Source: Halorussus marinus
GTDB lineage: Archaea > Halobacteriota > Halobacteria > Halobacteriales > Haladaptataceae
NCBI RefSeq assembly: GCF_004765795.1
Contig: NZ_SBIV01000005.1
Coordinates: forward strand, 1 to 64,000
Reading direction: 5' to 3'
Length of the DNA stretch: 64,000 bases
Made by a program: the position numbers and the translations under genes. The notes beneath the pieces were generated by a model. That model did no database searches. It saw only the letters and a program-made list of their open reading frames with translations, and was not told the DNA's origin. Positions 21,746-31,124 of this stretch are shown one piece after another. The number at the start of each line of letters is the position of its first letter. Positions within the stretch are counted from its first letter, which is position 1.

Positions 21746-22617
21746 TATTCGAGTCCTCCGACGTTAAAGCCCTGCAGGAGGTAGTTCTGGAGGAAAACCG
21801 CGATGAGGAACGGGGGGATGCAGATGAGAAGCGACACCGCCATCGTCTCGCCCCACCCGATGGTGACGCGGTCGAGAAAGAGGCTGGCGCCGACGGTGAT
21901 GGTGTACATCTCGTCGTTGCTCATCACGACCCGCGACATCGTGAAGTCGTTCCACGCGACCGCAAACGAGAAGATCGCCGCCGAGATGTAGCCGGGGCGC
22001 GCGACCGGCAGTACCACGTCCCAGAGGGTTCGAGTCCGACTCGCGCCCCGGACCCACGCCGACTCCTCCAAGGAGATCGGCACCGTCTGGAAGTACTGCC
22101 ACATCAGCCAGATGGTAAAGGGCGCCGAGATGGCGGTCAGCGCCATCGTCAGCGCGAAGTAGCTGTTCAGCAGGCCGAGCGAGAAGAAGATGACGTACAG
22201 CGGGATCGCGAGCACGATCGGGCTGAACATGTACGCGAACAGCACCGCGCGGGCCGCGACCGTCTTGCCGGTGAACTCGAAGCGCGTGAGCCCGTAGCCG
22301 GCCGCCACCGCCAGCGCCGTCGAGAGGACGGTCGAGCTCGCGGTGACGATGAGGCTGTTGGCGAAGTACTGGATCGTGTTCGTGTCCTCGATCAGGACCC
22401 GGAAGTTCCGGAGCGTCAGCGAGTCGATCAGCAGGTTCACGTCGCCGCCGCGGAACACCGCCGCGGGCGACTGGACCGCGACCGCGACCATCACGTACAC
22501 CGGGACGGTGACGAACACCGCGACCAGCGCCGCGACGAGGACGAGCGCGATCCGCTTGATGCGAGTCTGGAGCCGCTGGGGGACGACCGAGCCGGCGGCG
22601 CCTTCGCCGAGCGCCAT
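21745..22617 (-). CDS. Carbohydrate ABC permease (MalG-like)
   Basis: LEESAWVRGAS EAA loop, WNDF, multiple TM segments. Start at MALGEG. Confidence 0.92.
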   Translation of the reverse strand: MALGEGAAGSVVPQRLQTRIKRIALVLVAALVAVFVTVPVYVMVAVAVQSPAAVFRGGDVNLLIDSLTLRNFRVLIEDTNTIQYFANSLIVTASSTVLSTALAVAAGYGLTRFEFTGKTVAARAVLFAYMFSPIVLAIPLYVIFFSLGLLNSYFALTMALTAISAPFTIWLMWQYFQTVPISLEESAWVRGASRTRTLWDVVLPVARPGYISAAIFSFAVAWNDFTMSRVVMSNDEMYTITVGASLFLDRVTIGWGETMAVSLLICIPPFLIAVFLQNYLLQGFNVGGLE

Positions 22618-23528
22618 CAGTGGGTCACCTCCTTCTCGGGCTCGAAGACCCTGAAGTAGACGACCGCCACGCCGGCGAGCAGGAAGAACATGATGCCGGC
22701 GAGCGCGGTCGCGGCGCCGAAGTTCACCTCGTTGAACGCGAGCTCGTACACCCGGATCGGGAGGGTGGTGGTCGCGTTCAGCGGCCCGCCGCGGGTCGAG
22801 AGGTAGATGATGTCGAACTTGTTGAACATCCAGATGCCCCGCACCAGGAGGATGATGAGAATCGCCCCCCGGAGGTGGGGCACCGTGATGTCGCGGAACG
22901 CCTGCCACGTCGAGGCGCCCTCGACGCGGGCGCGCTCGTAGAGGTTCGGGTCGATGGCCTGGAGCCGGGCGAGCAGGATGAAGAAGGCGAACGAGCCGAA
23001 CTTCCAGACGCTGGTCACCGCGACCGCCGCCATCGCCCACTCGATCGTCGAGAAGAACGCGATGGGGTCGGCGACCACCCCGAAGTCGACGAGCCACTGA
23101 TTGACGACGCCGATGTTCGGGTCGAAGAGGAACTGCCAGATGAAGATGACCACGAGCGTCGGCAGGAGATAGGGGAAGATCATCATCGTCCGGAGGACGC
23201 TCCCGCCCCGGATCTGTTGGTTGACCACCAGCGCGAGCCCGAGCCCGAGCAGGAGGCTGAAGACGGTGGTCGAGACGGCGTAGAGCACGCTGTTCCAGAG
23301 GAAAAGCGGGAACTGCTCGGCGGTCAGGATCTCGACGTAGTTCGAGAGACCGGCGAACGAGGCCGCCCGCGTGGGGTTCTCGAAGAGACTCATCCCGAGG
23401 GCGTAGGCGATGGGGATCGCCCAGACGAGGGTGAAAAACGCCGCGAGCGGGAGGAACGTTGCGAGCAACAAGAGCCGTCGCTCGTCGAACTCGGCGAGCG
23501 AGGACCTGACGGACGTGACCGTACTCAT
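22617..23528 (-). CDS. Carbohydrate ABC permease (MalF-like)
   Basis: GLSNY, LYERARVEGAS, TRGGP, multiple TM segments. Confidence 0.92.
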   Translation of the reverse strand: MSTVTSVRSSLAEFDERRLLLLATFLPLAAFFTLVWAIPIAYALGMSLFENPTRAASFAGLSNYVEILTAEQFPLFLWNSVLYAVSTTVFSLLLGLGLALVVNQQIRGGSVLRTMMIFPYLLPTLVVIFIWQFLFDPNIGVVNQWLVDFGVVADPIAFFSTIEWAMAAVAVTSVWKFGSFAFFILLARLQAIDPNLYERARVEGASTWQAFRDITVPHLRGAILIILLVRGIWMFNKFDIIYLSTRGGPLNATTTLPIRVYELAFNEVNFGAATALAGIMFFLLAGVAVVYFRVFEPEKEVTH

Positions 23529-23549
23529 AGTGGTGGGAGAGGAGGCGTC

Positions 23550-24899
23550 TCAGTCCTGGAGGCCCCGGAGCTCTTCGGCGACCCAGTCGACGGTTTCCTC
23601 GGGCGAGCGACCGCCGACGAGCAGCTGCTCGGCCGACTGACCGAACACCTGCTGGCCGTAGGCGTCGGCCGCGACGATGTTTGGCGCGCCGTCGTCGCCG
23701 GTCGCGAGGACCGAGGTGAACGCGTCCCAGTTGTCCCGGACGAGTTCCATCACGTCGGGGTGGTTCTGGATCGTCTCGTTGTTCCGGACCGCCTCGCTGT
23801 CGAGGCCCTCGCGGGTCGGCGGGAACTGGAACAGCGGCGCCGAGAGCACGAAGTCCATGAACCGCTCGGACTTGCTGAAGAAGTCGACGAACTGCCGGGC
23901 GCCCTCGGTCGCGCCCCCGGAGTTCCAGACGACGTGACCCTCCATGTACGCCCACCACTTGTCCTGACCGTTGCCGTCCGGCACCGGGAACGCGGTCGGC
24001 GAGAGCTTCTCGACGAGGTCCGGACGGTTCGCGGAGATGGTGAGGATCGGGAGCCCGCCGACGCTCATCGCGGCCGCGGCGTTCTCCTGCTGGAGCGCGG
24101 CGATGGCGTCGCCCCACTCCCAGCCGGAGCCGTTCGGCGCGTACTCGGCCATCTGCTGGACCCACTCGTAGGTCTCGATGGCCGCCTGACGGTTGTCCTC
24201 GTCGTCGATCGTGACCTGAATGTCGTCGGACGGGCCGCTGTAGATGTCGACGTCGTTCTGCCAGTGGTACTGGGTAATCGACGTGTCGGCGTTGTTGGTC
24301 TGGCCCGACTGGACGACGTAGCCGTTGATGTCTTCCTCCTCGGAGACGCGCTGGGCCTCGGACTGCCAGGTCTCCCACGTCGTGGGGTTTTCCTCGTAGA
24401 TGTCGTTTCGGTACCACCCCATCAGGGGCTCGACCATCGTCGCCACGAAGTACGACTCGCCGTCGACGTTGACCGGATCGGGCAGGCCGGTCCCCTGGAC
24501 CGCCTCGCTGACCGGCGCGGCGTCGCCGTCTCGCTGGTAGCGGTAGGCGTCCGCGGACGTGTCGAAGACGACGTCCGGGGGGTTGCCCGCGGCCCGCATC
24601 TTCTGGAGTTGCTCGTCGGTCGAGGTCCCCTTCGACGTGTAGGTGACGTCGACCGTGTAGTCGTGTTCGCTCTCGAACTCCGAGATGATCTGGTCGATGA
24701 CCTGCTTGGAGTCGCCCCGGTCCGAGAGATACTTGATCGTGGTCTGGGTCGCATCGCCCGATTCGACCTCGCCGACAGTCGTCGCGGAGTCGCCCTCCGA
24801 GTCCGACTCGGAACCGCCCGTACAGCCGGCCACGGCGACCGCCGTCGCCCCGCCGGCCGCGGTCAGGAACTTGCGCCTCGTCGAGTGCTGTCTAGCCAT
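23550..24899 (-). CDS. ABC extracellular solute-binding lipoprotein (Tat)
   Basis: TRRKFL...AVAGC Tat lipobox; first gene of the ABC operon. Confidence 0.9.
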   Translation of the reverse strand: MARQHSTRRKFLTAAGGATAVAVAGCTGGSESDSEGDSATTVGEVESGDATQTTIKYLSDRGDSKQVIDQIISEFESEHDYTVDVTYTSKGTSTDEQLQKMRAAGNPPDVVFDTSADAYRYQRDGDAAPVSEAVQGTGLPDPVNVDGESYFVATMVEPLMGWYRNDIYEENPTTWETWQSEAQRVSEEEDINGYVVQSGQTNNADTSITQYHWQNDVDIYSGPSDDIQVTIDDEDNRQAAIETYEWVQQMAEYAPNGSGWEWGDAIAALQQENAAAAMSVGGLPILTISANRPDLVEKLSPTAFPVPDGNGQDKWWAYMEGHVVWNSGGATEGARQFVDFFSKSERFMDFVLSAPLFQFPPTREGLDSEAVRNNETIQNHPDVMELVRDNWDAFTSVLATGDDGAPNIVAADAYGQQVFGQSAEQLLVGGRSPEETVDWVAEELRGLQD

Positions 24900-24969
24900 G
24901 CGAATACATACCATACTAAGGCGTGGAATGTCTTCGCCCTACACCAGTAGGCTCTTTAAATAGTCCGGC

Positions 24970-25650
24970 TCAATCGGCGCCGGTCTCGGCCGCGTCGAGC
25001 GCCGACCCGGAGTCGTCCGACGAGAACGCGCCCCGTCGGTCGCCGCCGTCGAGCGCGTTGCGCAGGAGCGCGCGCTCGGCCTTTCGGAGGTGTTCGAGGA
25101 ACGTGGCGTGGCTGATCTCGAGTTCCGCCGCCAGCGTCTCGGCGTCGGTCTCGCGGGGCCATTCGTAGTAGCCGGCGTCCAGCGCGAGCGCGACCACCTC
25201 GGCTTGCCGGTCCGAGAGCATCGTCTCAGCGGCCCGGTACGGCGTGAGCTGGGCGAGCCGCACGGAGCCGATCTCCCGGAGTTCGGCCACGATGTTCCGG
25301 AGGTCCTCCCGGCGGAAGACGACGATGTCGAACGCCCGCTGGGTCCCGTCCACCCGGTCCCACCACTGCATCATGCCGTGGTTTGACCGGATGATCGGGA
25401 GCGCGCCGCAGGCCCGCTTGGTGAGCTTTATGTGCGTCTCGTCGACTCGCTCGACGTTCGAGACCTGCTCGGAGTCCTCGAACGCCGCCACGAACTCCGC
25501 GACCTTGTCCTCGGCGTCGATCACGAAGGAGATGTGCTCGTCATCGAGGACCTCCTCGTGGTTGACCGTGAACGACGTGTTCCACCGATCGGTGACCTCG
25601 CTCAGGACGCAGTCGGTCCGGAGATCGAGATAGAGCTTGGCGCGGAACAT
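24970..25650 (-). CDS. Bat-like HTH-10 transcription regulator
   Basis: LSDRQAEVVALALDAGYYEWPR...TFLEHLRKAE. Confidence 0.9.
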   Translation of the reverse strand: MFRAKLYLDLRTDCVLSEVTDRWNTSFTVNHEEVLDDEHISFVIDAEDKVAEFVAAFEDSEQVSNVERVDETHIKLTKRACGALPIIRSNHGMMQWWDRVDGTQRAFDIVVFRREDLRNIVAELREIGSVRLAQLTPYRAAETMLSDRQAEVVALALDAGYYEWPRETDAETLAAELEISHATFLEHLRKAERALLRNALDGGDRRGAFSSDDSGSALDAAETGAD

Positions 25651-25820
25651 CCAGTAGAGTCACGTAGTGGGGATTATTAACGTTTCGCGTGCTAACTCGT
25701 GTCGATCGCCCCGACGCGGGACGGCCGGCCGAGTCGAACCCGCCGAACACGCCGAGCGACGCCGATCGGCGGCGTTTCGGCAACAGCAGTTATCACGACG
25801 GCTGTCGTGACGTGTGTACC

Positions 25821-25937
25821 ATGGCTGAATACGGCTCGGACGCGACGACGACGCGAGCGGGGCAGTGGGACGGGGTCGGGAACCGGACGGGAACCGCACC
25901 GTCGGCCGGGGCGGGGCCGACCCCGCGCGAACAGTGA
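25821..25937 (+). CDS. Putative leaderless micro-ORF (38 aa) overlapping the AI-2E start
   Basis: GTTATCA at 25789-25795, ATG at 25821; TGA overlaps the GTG at 25934. Confidence 0.35.
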   Translation: MAEYGSDATTTRAGQWDGVGNRTGTAPSAGAGPTPREQ

Positions 25938-27103
25938 GCCTCGCGTCACTGCTCGATCGCGACCGGAACCGCGCGGCGTGGTGGCTCTACATCGGTTTTC
26001 TGGGGCTCGGCGTCGCCTTCCTCGGCTACTCGTTTCTGGGCACCTTCGTCTTCGGCGTGTTCGTCTACTACGCGTCGCGGCCGGTGTTCGGCCGGGTGCG
26101 ATCGCGGCTCGGGCGCGACGGCGCCTCGGCGGCCGTGACCCTGCTGGGCTTTGTGGTCCCGGTGTTGCTGATCGTCGGGTACGTTCTGGCGGCCGGACTC
26201 CGGGACGTCGCGTCGCTGTCGGGTGTCGGTCCGGACGAGTACGTCCAACTGCTCTCGCCGTTCGTGAACGTCGAAGCGCTCGGCGAGGGCCAGCGCGACG
26301 CGCTCGCGACCCTCCTGAATCAGCCGGGGCGACTCCGGTCGCTCCCGTTCGATCGGCTCCGGAGCCTGCTGACCAGCGGTCTCGCGGTGCTCGGGTCGGC
26401 GATCAACGCCCTCGTTCACGTCACGCTCGCGTTCGGACTCGCGTTCTTCTTGCTCCGGGACGGCGATAGCGTCGCCGAGTGGTTCCGGCGCAACGTGGCC
26501 CCGCCGGACTCGGCCGGCCACGCCTACGCGAAGGCGGTCGACGACGACCTCGAAACCGTCTTCTTCGGCAACGTGGTGTTCGTGTTCACGATGGCGGTGT
26601 TGGCGGCGGTGATCTACTACGGCTTCAACCTCGTCGCCCCGGACCCGCTCGGAATCCCGTTTCCCGTGTTGCTCGCGCTACTGACCGGGATCACGAGCCT
26701 GATCCCGCTGGTCGTCAGCAAACTGGTGTACGTCCCGCTGGTGATCTACCTCGGGACGGTCGCGTTCCGGACCGGCGGGGTGGCACTGGTGTTTCCCGTC
26801 GGCCTCCTCGTGGTCTCGTTTCTCGTGCTGGACATCTTACCCCAGACGTTCCTCCAGCCGTACATCTCGGGGCGACAGATACACACCGGCATCATGATGT
26901 TCGCGTACCTGCTCGGTCCGCTGTTGTTCGGGTGGTACGGCTTCTTCCTGCTCCCGCTTTTCGCCGTGCTCGTGCTTCAAGCGGTCCGCATCGTGCTGAC
27001 CGACCTGCTCCACGGCGACCGCCTCACCTCCGCGGTCGACGCCGCCCCGTCGCTCGGCGGCGATCCGCCGGGGGAGTCCACCGGCGCTGACGGCGGGGAG
27101 TAG
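25934..27103 (+). CDS. AI-2E family transporter
   Basis: Multi-TM protein with FFLLRDG, SLIPLV, PYISGR and GPLLFGWYGFFLLP motifs. Confidence 0.88.
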   Translation: MSLASLLDRDRNRAAWWLYIGFLGLGVAFLGYSFLGTFVFGVFVYYASRPVFGRVRSRLGRDGASAAVTLLGFVVPVLLIVGYVLAAGLRDVASLSGVGPDEYVQLLSPFVNVEALGEGQRDALATLLNQPGRLRSLPFDRLRSLLTSGLAVLGSAINALVHVTLAFGLAFFLLRDGDSVAEWFRRNVAPPDSAGHAYAKAVDDDLETVFFGNVVFVFTMAVLAAVIYYGFNLVAPDPLGIPFPVLLALLTGITSLIPLVVSKLVYVPLVIYLGTVAFRTGGVALVFPVGLLVVSFLVLDILPQTFLQPYISGRQIHTGIMMFAYLLGPLLFGWYGFFLLPLFAVLVLQAVRIVLTDLLHGDRLTSAVDAAPSLGGDPPGESTGADGGE

Positions 27104-27209
27104 TCGAGAGAGGGAGAAGAGGGAGAGAGCCCGAGACTCGGAACCACACCGGCCGGCGCGTGGTTCCGCGACGCACACAGTTAAGGCTCGAAGCGAAGAT
27201 ACGAGGCGT

Positions 27210-28169
27210 ATGGAGTACGTCAGCCTCGGGTCCACCGGCACGAAGGTCTCGGAGATCTGTTTCGGAACGTGGCGCTTCGGCAAGGAGTCGAACGGCACCG
27301 TCGAGACCGACCGCAAGACCGCCCACGACCTGCTCGACACCGCGTACGAACGCGGGGTCAACTTCATCGACACCGCGAACGTCTACGGCGACCCCAACGG
27401 CACCGCCGAGGAGTGGATCGGCGACTGGCTCGCCGACCACGACCGCGAGGAGTTCGTGCTCGCCTCGAAGGTGTACTTCGGGTTCGACGACGGCCCGAAC
27501 GATCGGGGGCTCTCGCGCAAGCACATCCGGGCCCAGATAGAGGGCACGCTCGACCGCCTCGGCACGGAGTACCTCGACGTCTACTACATCCACCGGTGGG
27601 ACGACGAGACGCCGATCGAGGAGACGCTCCGGACGCTGAACGACCTCGTCCGGGAGGGGAAGGTCAACTACCTCGCGGCGAGTTCGATGGCGGCGTGGAA
27701 GCTCACGAAGGCCCTCTGGACCAGCGACATAGAGGGCCTAGAGCGGTTCGAAGTGACCCAGCCGCGGTTCAACCCCGCCTACCGGGAGCCGGTCGCGGAC
27801 TACCTCGACGTGTGCGCCGACCGGGGGATCGCGGTCTGTCCGTACTCGCCGCTCGAAGGCGGCTTTCTCACCGGCAAGTACGAGCGCGACGCCGCCGGGC
27901 CCGAGGGGTCCCGGGGCGACCTCTACGAGTGGGACGACCGGTGGGACGACCGTCAGTGGGCGGTCTTAGACGCGATCCGAGCGGTCGGCGAGGCGGTCGA
28001 CGCCACGCCCGCCCAGGTGACCCTCCGGTGGCTGGCCGACCAGCGCGAGTTCCAGTGTATCCCCATCGTGGGCGCGCGGACGACCGACCAACTCGAGGAG
28101 AACCTCGGCGCGTCGGAGATCGACATCTCGGACGACCAGTACGACCGCATCGCGGCGGCCGCCGAGTAG
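27210..28169 (+). CDS. Aldo/keto reductase
   Basis: VSEICFGT, FIDTANVY, ASK, YIHRWD, PYSPL, PIVGA. Confidence 0.93.
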   Translation: MEYVSLGSTGTKVSEICFGTWRFGKESNGTVETDRKTAHDLLDTAYERGVNFIDTANVYGDPNGTAEEWIGDWLADHDREEFVLASKVYFGFDDGPNDRGLSRKHIRAQIEGTLDRLGTEYLDVYYIHRWDDETPIEETLRTLNDLVREGKVNYLAASSMAAWKLTKALWTSDIEGLERFEVTQPRFNPAYREPVADYLDVCADRGIAVCPYSPLEGGFLTGKYERDAAGPEGSRGDLYEWDDRWDDRQWAVLDAIRAVGEAVDATPAQVTLRWLADQREFQCIPIVGARTTDQLEENLGASEIDISDDQYDRIAAAAE

Positions 28170-28253
28170 GACGACGCCGGCTCGCCGTGGGCGCCCGCCG
28201 CGCCGGGTTCCGGCACGCTCGGAGTTTTATACCCGTCCCGAAAACGTACTCGC

Positions 28254-29474
28254 GTGTCCAGCGACGCCGACCCGGACGAGCCCTCGCGGTCCAGCACCGT
28301 CGGGCTCGTCGCGGGCGTGTTCCTGCTGTCGACCGCGGCCGGCGCCTACGAGATCGCGCCCGCGAGCGTGCTCCCGCTGGTCAGAGAGTCGCTCGGGATC
28401 GGCGCGACCGCCGCGGGGTGGCTCGTGAGCGTGATGTACCTGACCGCGGTCGTCGCCAGCGTCCCCGTCGGGATCGCGCTCGACCGGGTGTCGGTCCGCA
28501 GGGCGGTCGCGGCCGCCGGCGTCGCGCTCCTGATCGCGGGCGCGTGGGGCTGGGCCGCCGCGGTCGCGGGGGCCTACTGGTGGCTGTTCGCGTCCCGGAT
28601 GCTGGGCGGGCTGTGTTACGTGATCGTGTGGAACGCCGGCGCGAACCTCGCGGGACAGGCGGTCGAACCCGACGTGCGGGCGACCGCGGTCGGGCTGTTC
28701 ACCGCGAGCGCCCCGGTCGGATTCACGCTGGGACAGTTCGGGAGCCCGCTGCTGGCCGAGCCGTTCGGCTGGCCGGCCACGCTGCCGGCGTTCGCGGCCA
28801 TCGCGGCGGTCGGGGTCGGAGTCTTCCTGCTTGCGACCCGGAACCGCCGGCTCGCGGTCGAGACCGGCCAGCCCGACCGGGCGGAGTTCGCCGCGCTGTT
28901 CACCGACCGGGCGGCCTGGACGCTCTGTACGCTGAGCTTCCTCGGCTTTTCGCTGTATCTCTTTCTCAACAGCTGGCTCCCGAGCTACCTGACCGAGGGG
29001 CTCGGCGTCTCGCTCGCGGCCGGCGGGGCGCTCACCGCGGTGTTCCCGGCGGTCGGCGTCCTCTCGCGGACCGGCGGGGGCGTCCTCTCCGACCGGCTGT
29101 TCGGCGGCGCCCGGCGGCCGGTCGCGGTGCTTTCGTTCGTGGTCGCCGCGCCCGCGATCGCCGGCTTCGTCGTCTTCTCGGCGGTGCCGGTCGTGGTCGC
29201 GCTGATCGTCGTCTCGGGGTTCGCGGTCCAGCTCGCGCTCGGCCTGCTCTACACCTACGTCGCGGAGGTCGTCGCGCCGGCGGTCCGGACGACCGCGGTC
29301 TCGATGCTGACGAGCGTGGGGCTGTTCGGCGCTTTCGCCGCACCCATCGCCGGGGGCGCCGTCATCGAGCGGGCCGGCTACCTACCGGCGTTCGGCCTCG
29401 CGGCCGCCCTCGGGGCGCTCGGCGCGGTGATCGCGTGGCGCGCGCCCACCTCGGAGACGCCGACCGGAGGCTGA
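28254..29474 (+). CDS. MFS transporter
   Basis: About 12 TM segments; GIALDRVSVRR and GVLSDRLFGGARR MFS loop motifs. Confidence 0.9.
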   Translation: MSSDADPDEPSRSSTVGLVAGVFLLSTAAGAYEIAPASVLPLVRESLGIGATAAGWLVSVMYLTAVVASVPVGIALDRVSVRRAVAAAGVALLIAGAWGWAAAVAGAYWWLFASRMLGGLCYVIVWNAGANLAGQAVEPDVRATAVGLFTASAPVGFTLGQFGSPLLAEPFGWPATLPAFAAIAAVGVGVFLLATRNRRLAVETGQPDRAEFAALFTDRAAWTLCTLSFLGFSLYLFLNSWLPSYLTEGLGVSLAAGGALTAVFPAVGVLSRTGGGVLSDRLFGGARRPVAVLSFVVAAPAIAGFVVFSAVPVVVALIVVSGFAVQLALGLLYTYVAEVVAPAVRTTAVSMLTSVGLFGAFAAPIAGGAVIERAGYLPAFGLAAALGALGAVIAWRAPTSETPTGG

Positions 29475-29571
29475 GGCGGTCTGCCCGCGGATTCCGGGTC
29501 GGGGCGGGCCGGGTGGCCGGAAACGCTAATGGCGCTGGCTCCCGACGACTAGAGCCGGAGGGTGGGAACAT

Positions 29572-30837
29572 ATGGCAGACAAACCGCACCAGAACTTGGC
29601 CATCATCGGTCACGTCGACCACGGCAAATCAACGCTGGTCGGGCGGCTCCTCTTCGAGACGGGGAGCGTCCCGGACCACGTCATCGAACAGCACCGCGAG
29701 GAGGCCGAGGAGAAGGGCAAGGGCGGCTTCGAGTTCGCCTACGTCATGGACAACCTCGCCGAGGAGCGCGAGCGCGGTGTCACCATCGACATCGCCCATC
29801 AGGAGTTCGAGACCGACGAGTACTACTTCACCATCGTGGACACGCCCGGCCACCGCGACTTCGTGAAGAACATGATCACGGGGGCCTCGCAGGCCGACAA
29901 CGCCGTCCTGGTCGTCGCGGCCGACGACGGCGTCGCGCCCCAGACCCAAGAACACGTCTTCCTGGCGCGCACGCTGGGGATCAACGAACTCATCGTCGCG
30001 GTCAACAAGATGGACGCCGCCGACTACGACGAGACGCGGTATCGGGAGGTGATCGCGGAGGTCAAAGACCTGCTCGATCAGGTCCGGTTCGACACCGCCG
30101 ACGCGAGCTTCATCCCGATCTCGGCGCTGGAGGGCGACAACGTCGTCGAGCGAAGCGACGAGATGCCGTGGTACGACGGCGAACTCGTGCTCGAAGCGCT
30201 CAACGGCCTCGAAGCCCCGGAGCCGCCGACCGACGCGCCGCTCCGACTCCCGATTCAGGACGTCTACACCATCTCGGGCATCGGAACCGTCCCGGTCGGC
30301 CGCGTCGAGACCGGCGTCCTCAACACCGGCGACAGCGTCTCGTTCCAGCCAAGCGACGTGGGCGGGGAGGTCAAGACGATCGAGATGCACCACGAGGAGG
30401 TGCCGCGGGCCGAGCCCGGCGACAACGTCGGGTTCAACGTCCGGGGCGTCGGCAAAGACGACATCCACCGGGGCGACGTCTGTGGTCCCGCCGACGACCC
30501 GCCGTCGGTCGCCGAGACCTTCACCGCCCAGATCGTGGTGATGCAACACCCGTCGGTCATCACCGACGGCTACACGCCGGTCTTTCACGCCCACACCGCG
30601 CAGGTCGCCTGCACCATCGAGTCCATCGACCAGAAGATCAACGCGGCCTCCGGTGAGGTCGAGGAGGAGAACCCCGACTTCATCCAGTCGGGCGACGCCG
30701 CGGTCATCACGGTTCGCCCGCAAAAGCCCCTCTCGATCGAGTCCTCGAGCGAGATCCCCGAACTGGGGAGCTTCGCGGTGCGGGACATGGGCCAGACCAT
30801 CGCGGCGGGCCGCGTGCTGGAAGTCAACGAAGGGTAG
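29572..30837 (+). CDS. tuf: Translation elongation factor EF-1alpha
   Basis: [32 protein letters not shown]; domains II and III intact. Confidence 0.97.
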   Translation: MADKPHQNLAIIGHVDHGKSTLVGRLLFETGSVPDHVIEQHREEAEEKGKGGFEFAYVMDNLAEERERGVTIDIAHQEFETDEYYFTIVDTPGHRDFVKNMITGASQADNAVLVVAADDGVAPQTQEHVFLARTLGINELIVAVNKMDAADYDETRYREVIAEVKDLLDQVRFDTADASFIPISALEGDNVVERSDEMPWYDGELVLEALNGLEAPEPPTDAPLRLPIQDVYTISGIGTVPVGRVETGVLNTGDSVSFQPSDVGGEVKTIEMHHEEVPRAEPGDNVGFNVRGVGKDDIHRGDVCGPADDPPSVAETFTAQIVVMQHPSVITDGYTPVFHAHTAQVACTIESIDQKINAASGEVEEENPDFIQSGDAAVITVRPQKPLSIESSSEIPELGSFAVRDMGQTIAAGRVLEVNEG

Positions 30838-30915
30838 GGGAAATCGCGTCGAGCGCGCCCGCGTTCGCGCGGCCACATCGGTTCATTTTACTGTCCGAGC
30901 GGAGTCGGTCTACAC

Positions 30916-31095
30916 ATGGGTTTTGGTAGCTACGACGAGTCCGAACAGCAGGATCAGGACAACGACATCGACGAGGACGCCGCGGTCAACGTCCACGAGA
31001 ACGACCACCACGGCGAGGTCTCGTTCGACTCGGAGGCCTCTCAGGACGAGCTCCTCGACAAGCTCGACGAGATCAAGGGCGCCGACGAGGAGTAG
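30916..31095 (+). CDS. Small acidic haloarchaeal protein (59 aa, MGFGSYDESEQ..., DUF5786-like); not in the ORF track
   Basis: Hand translation MGFGSYDESEQQDQDNDIDEDAAVNVHENDHHGEVSFDSEASQDELLDKLDEIKGADEE; TTTTAC upstream. Confidence 0.8.
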   Translation: MGFGSYDESEQQDQDNDIDEDAAVNVHENDHHGEVSFDSEASQDELLDKLDEIKGADEE

Positions 31096-31124
31096 CGGCC
31101 GGCGACCACTCAGGTCGCGCCGAC

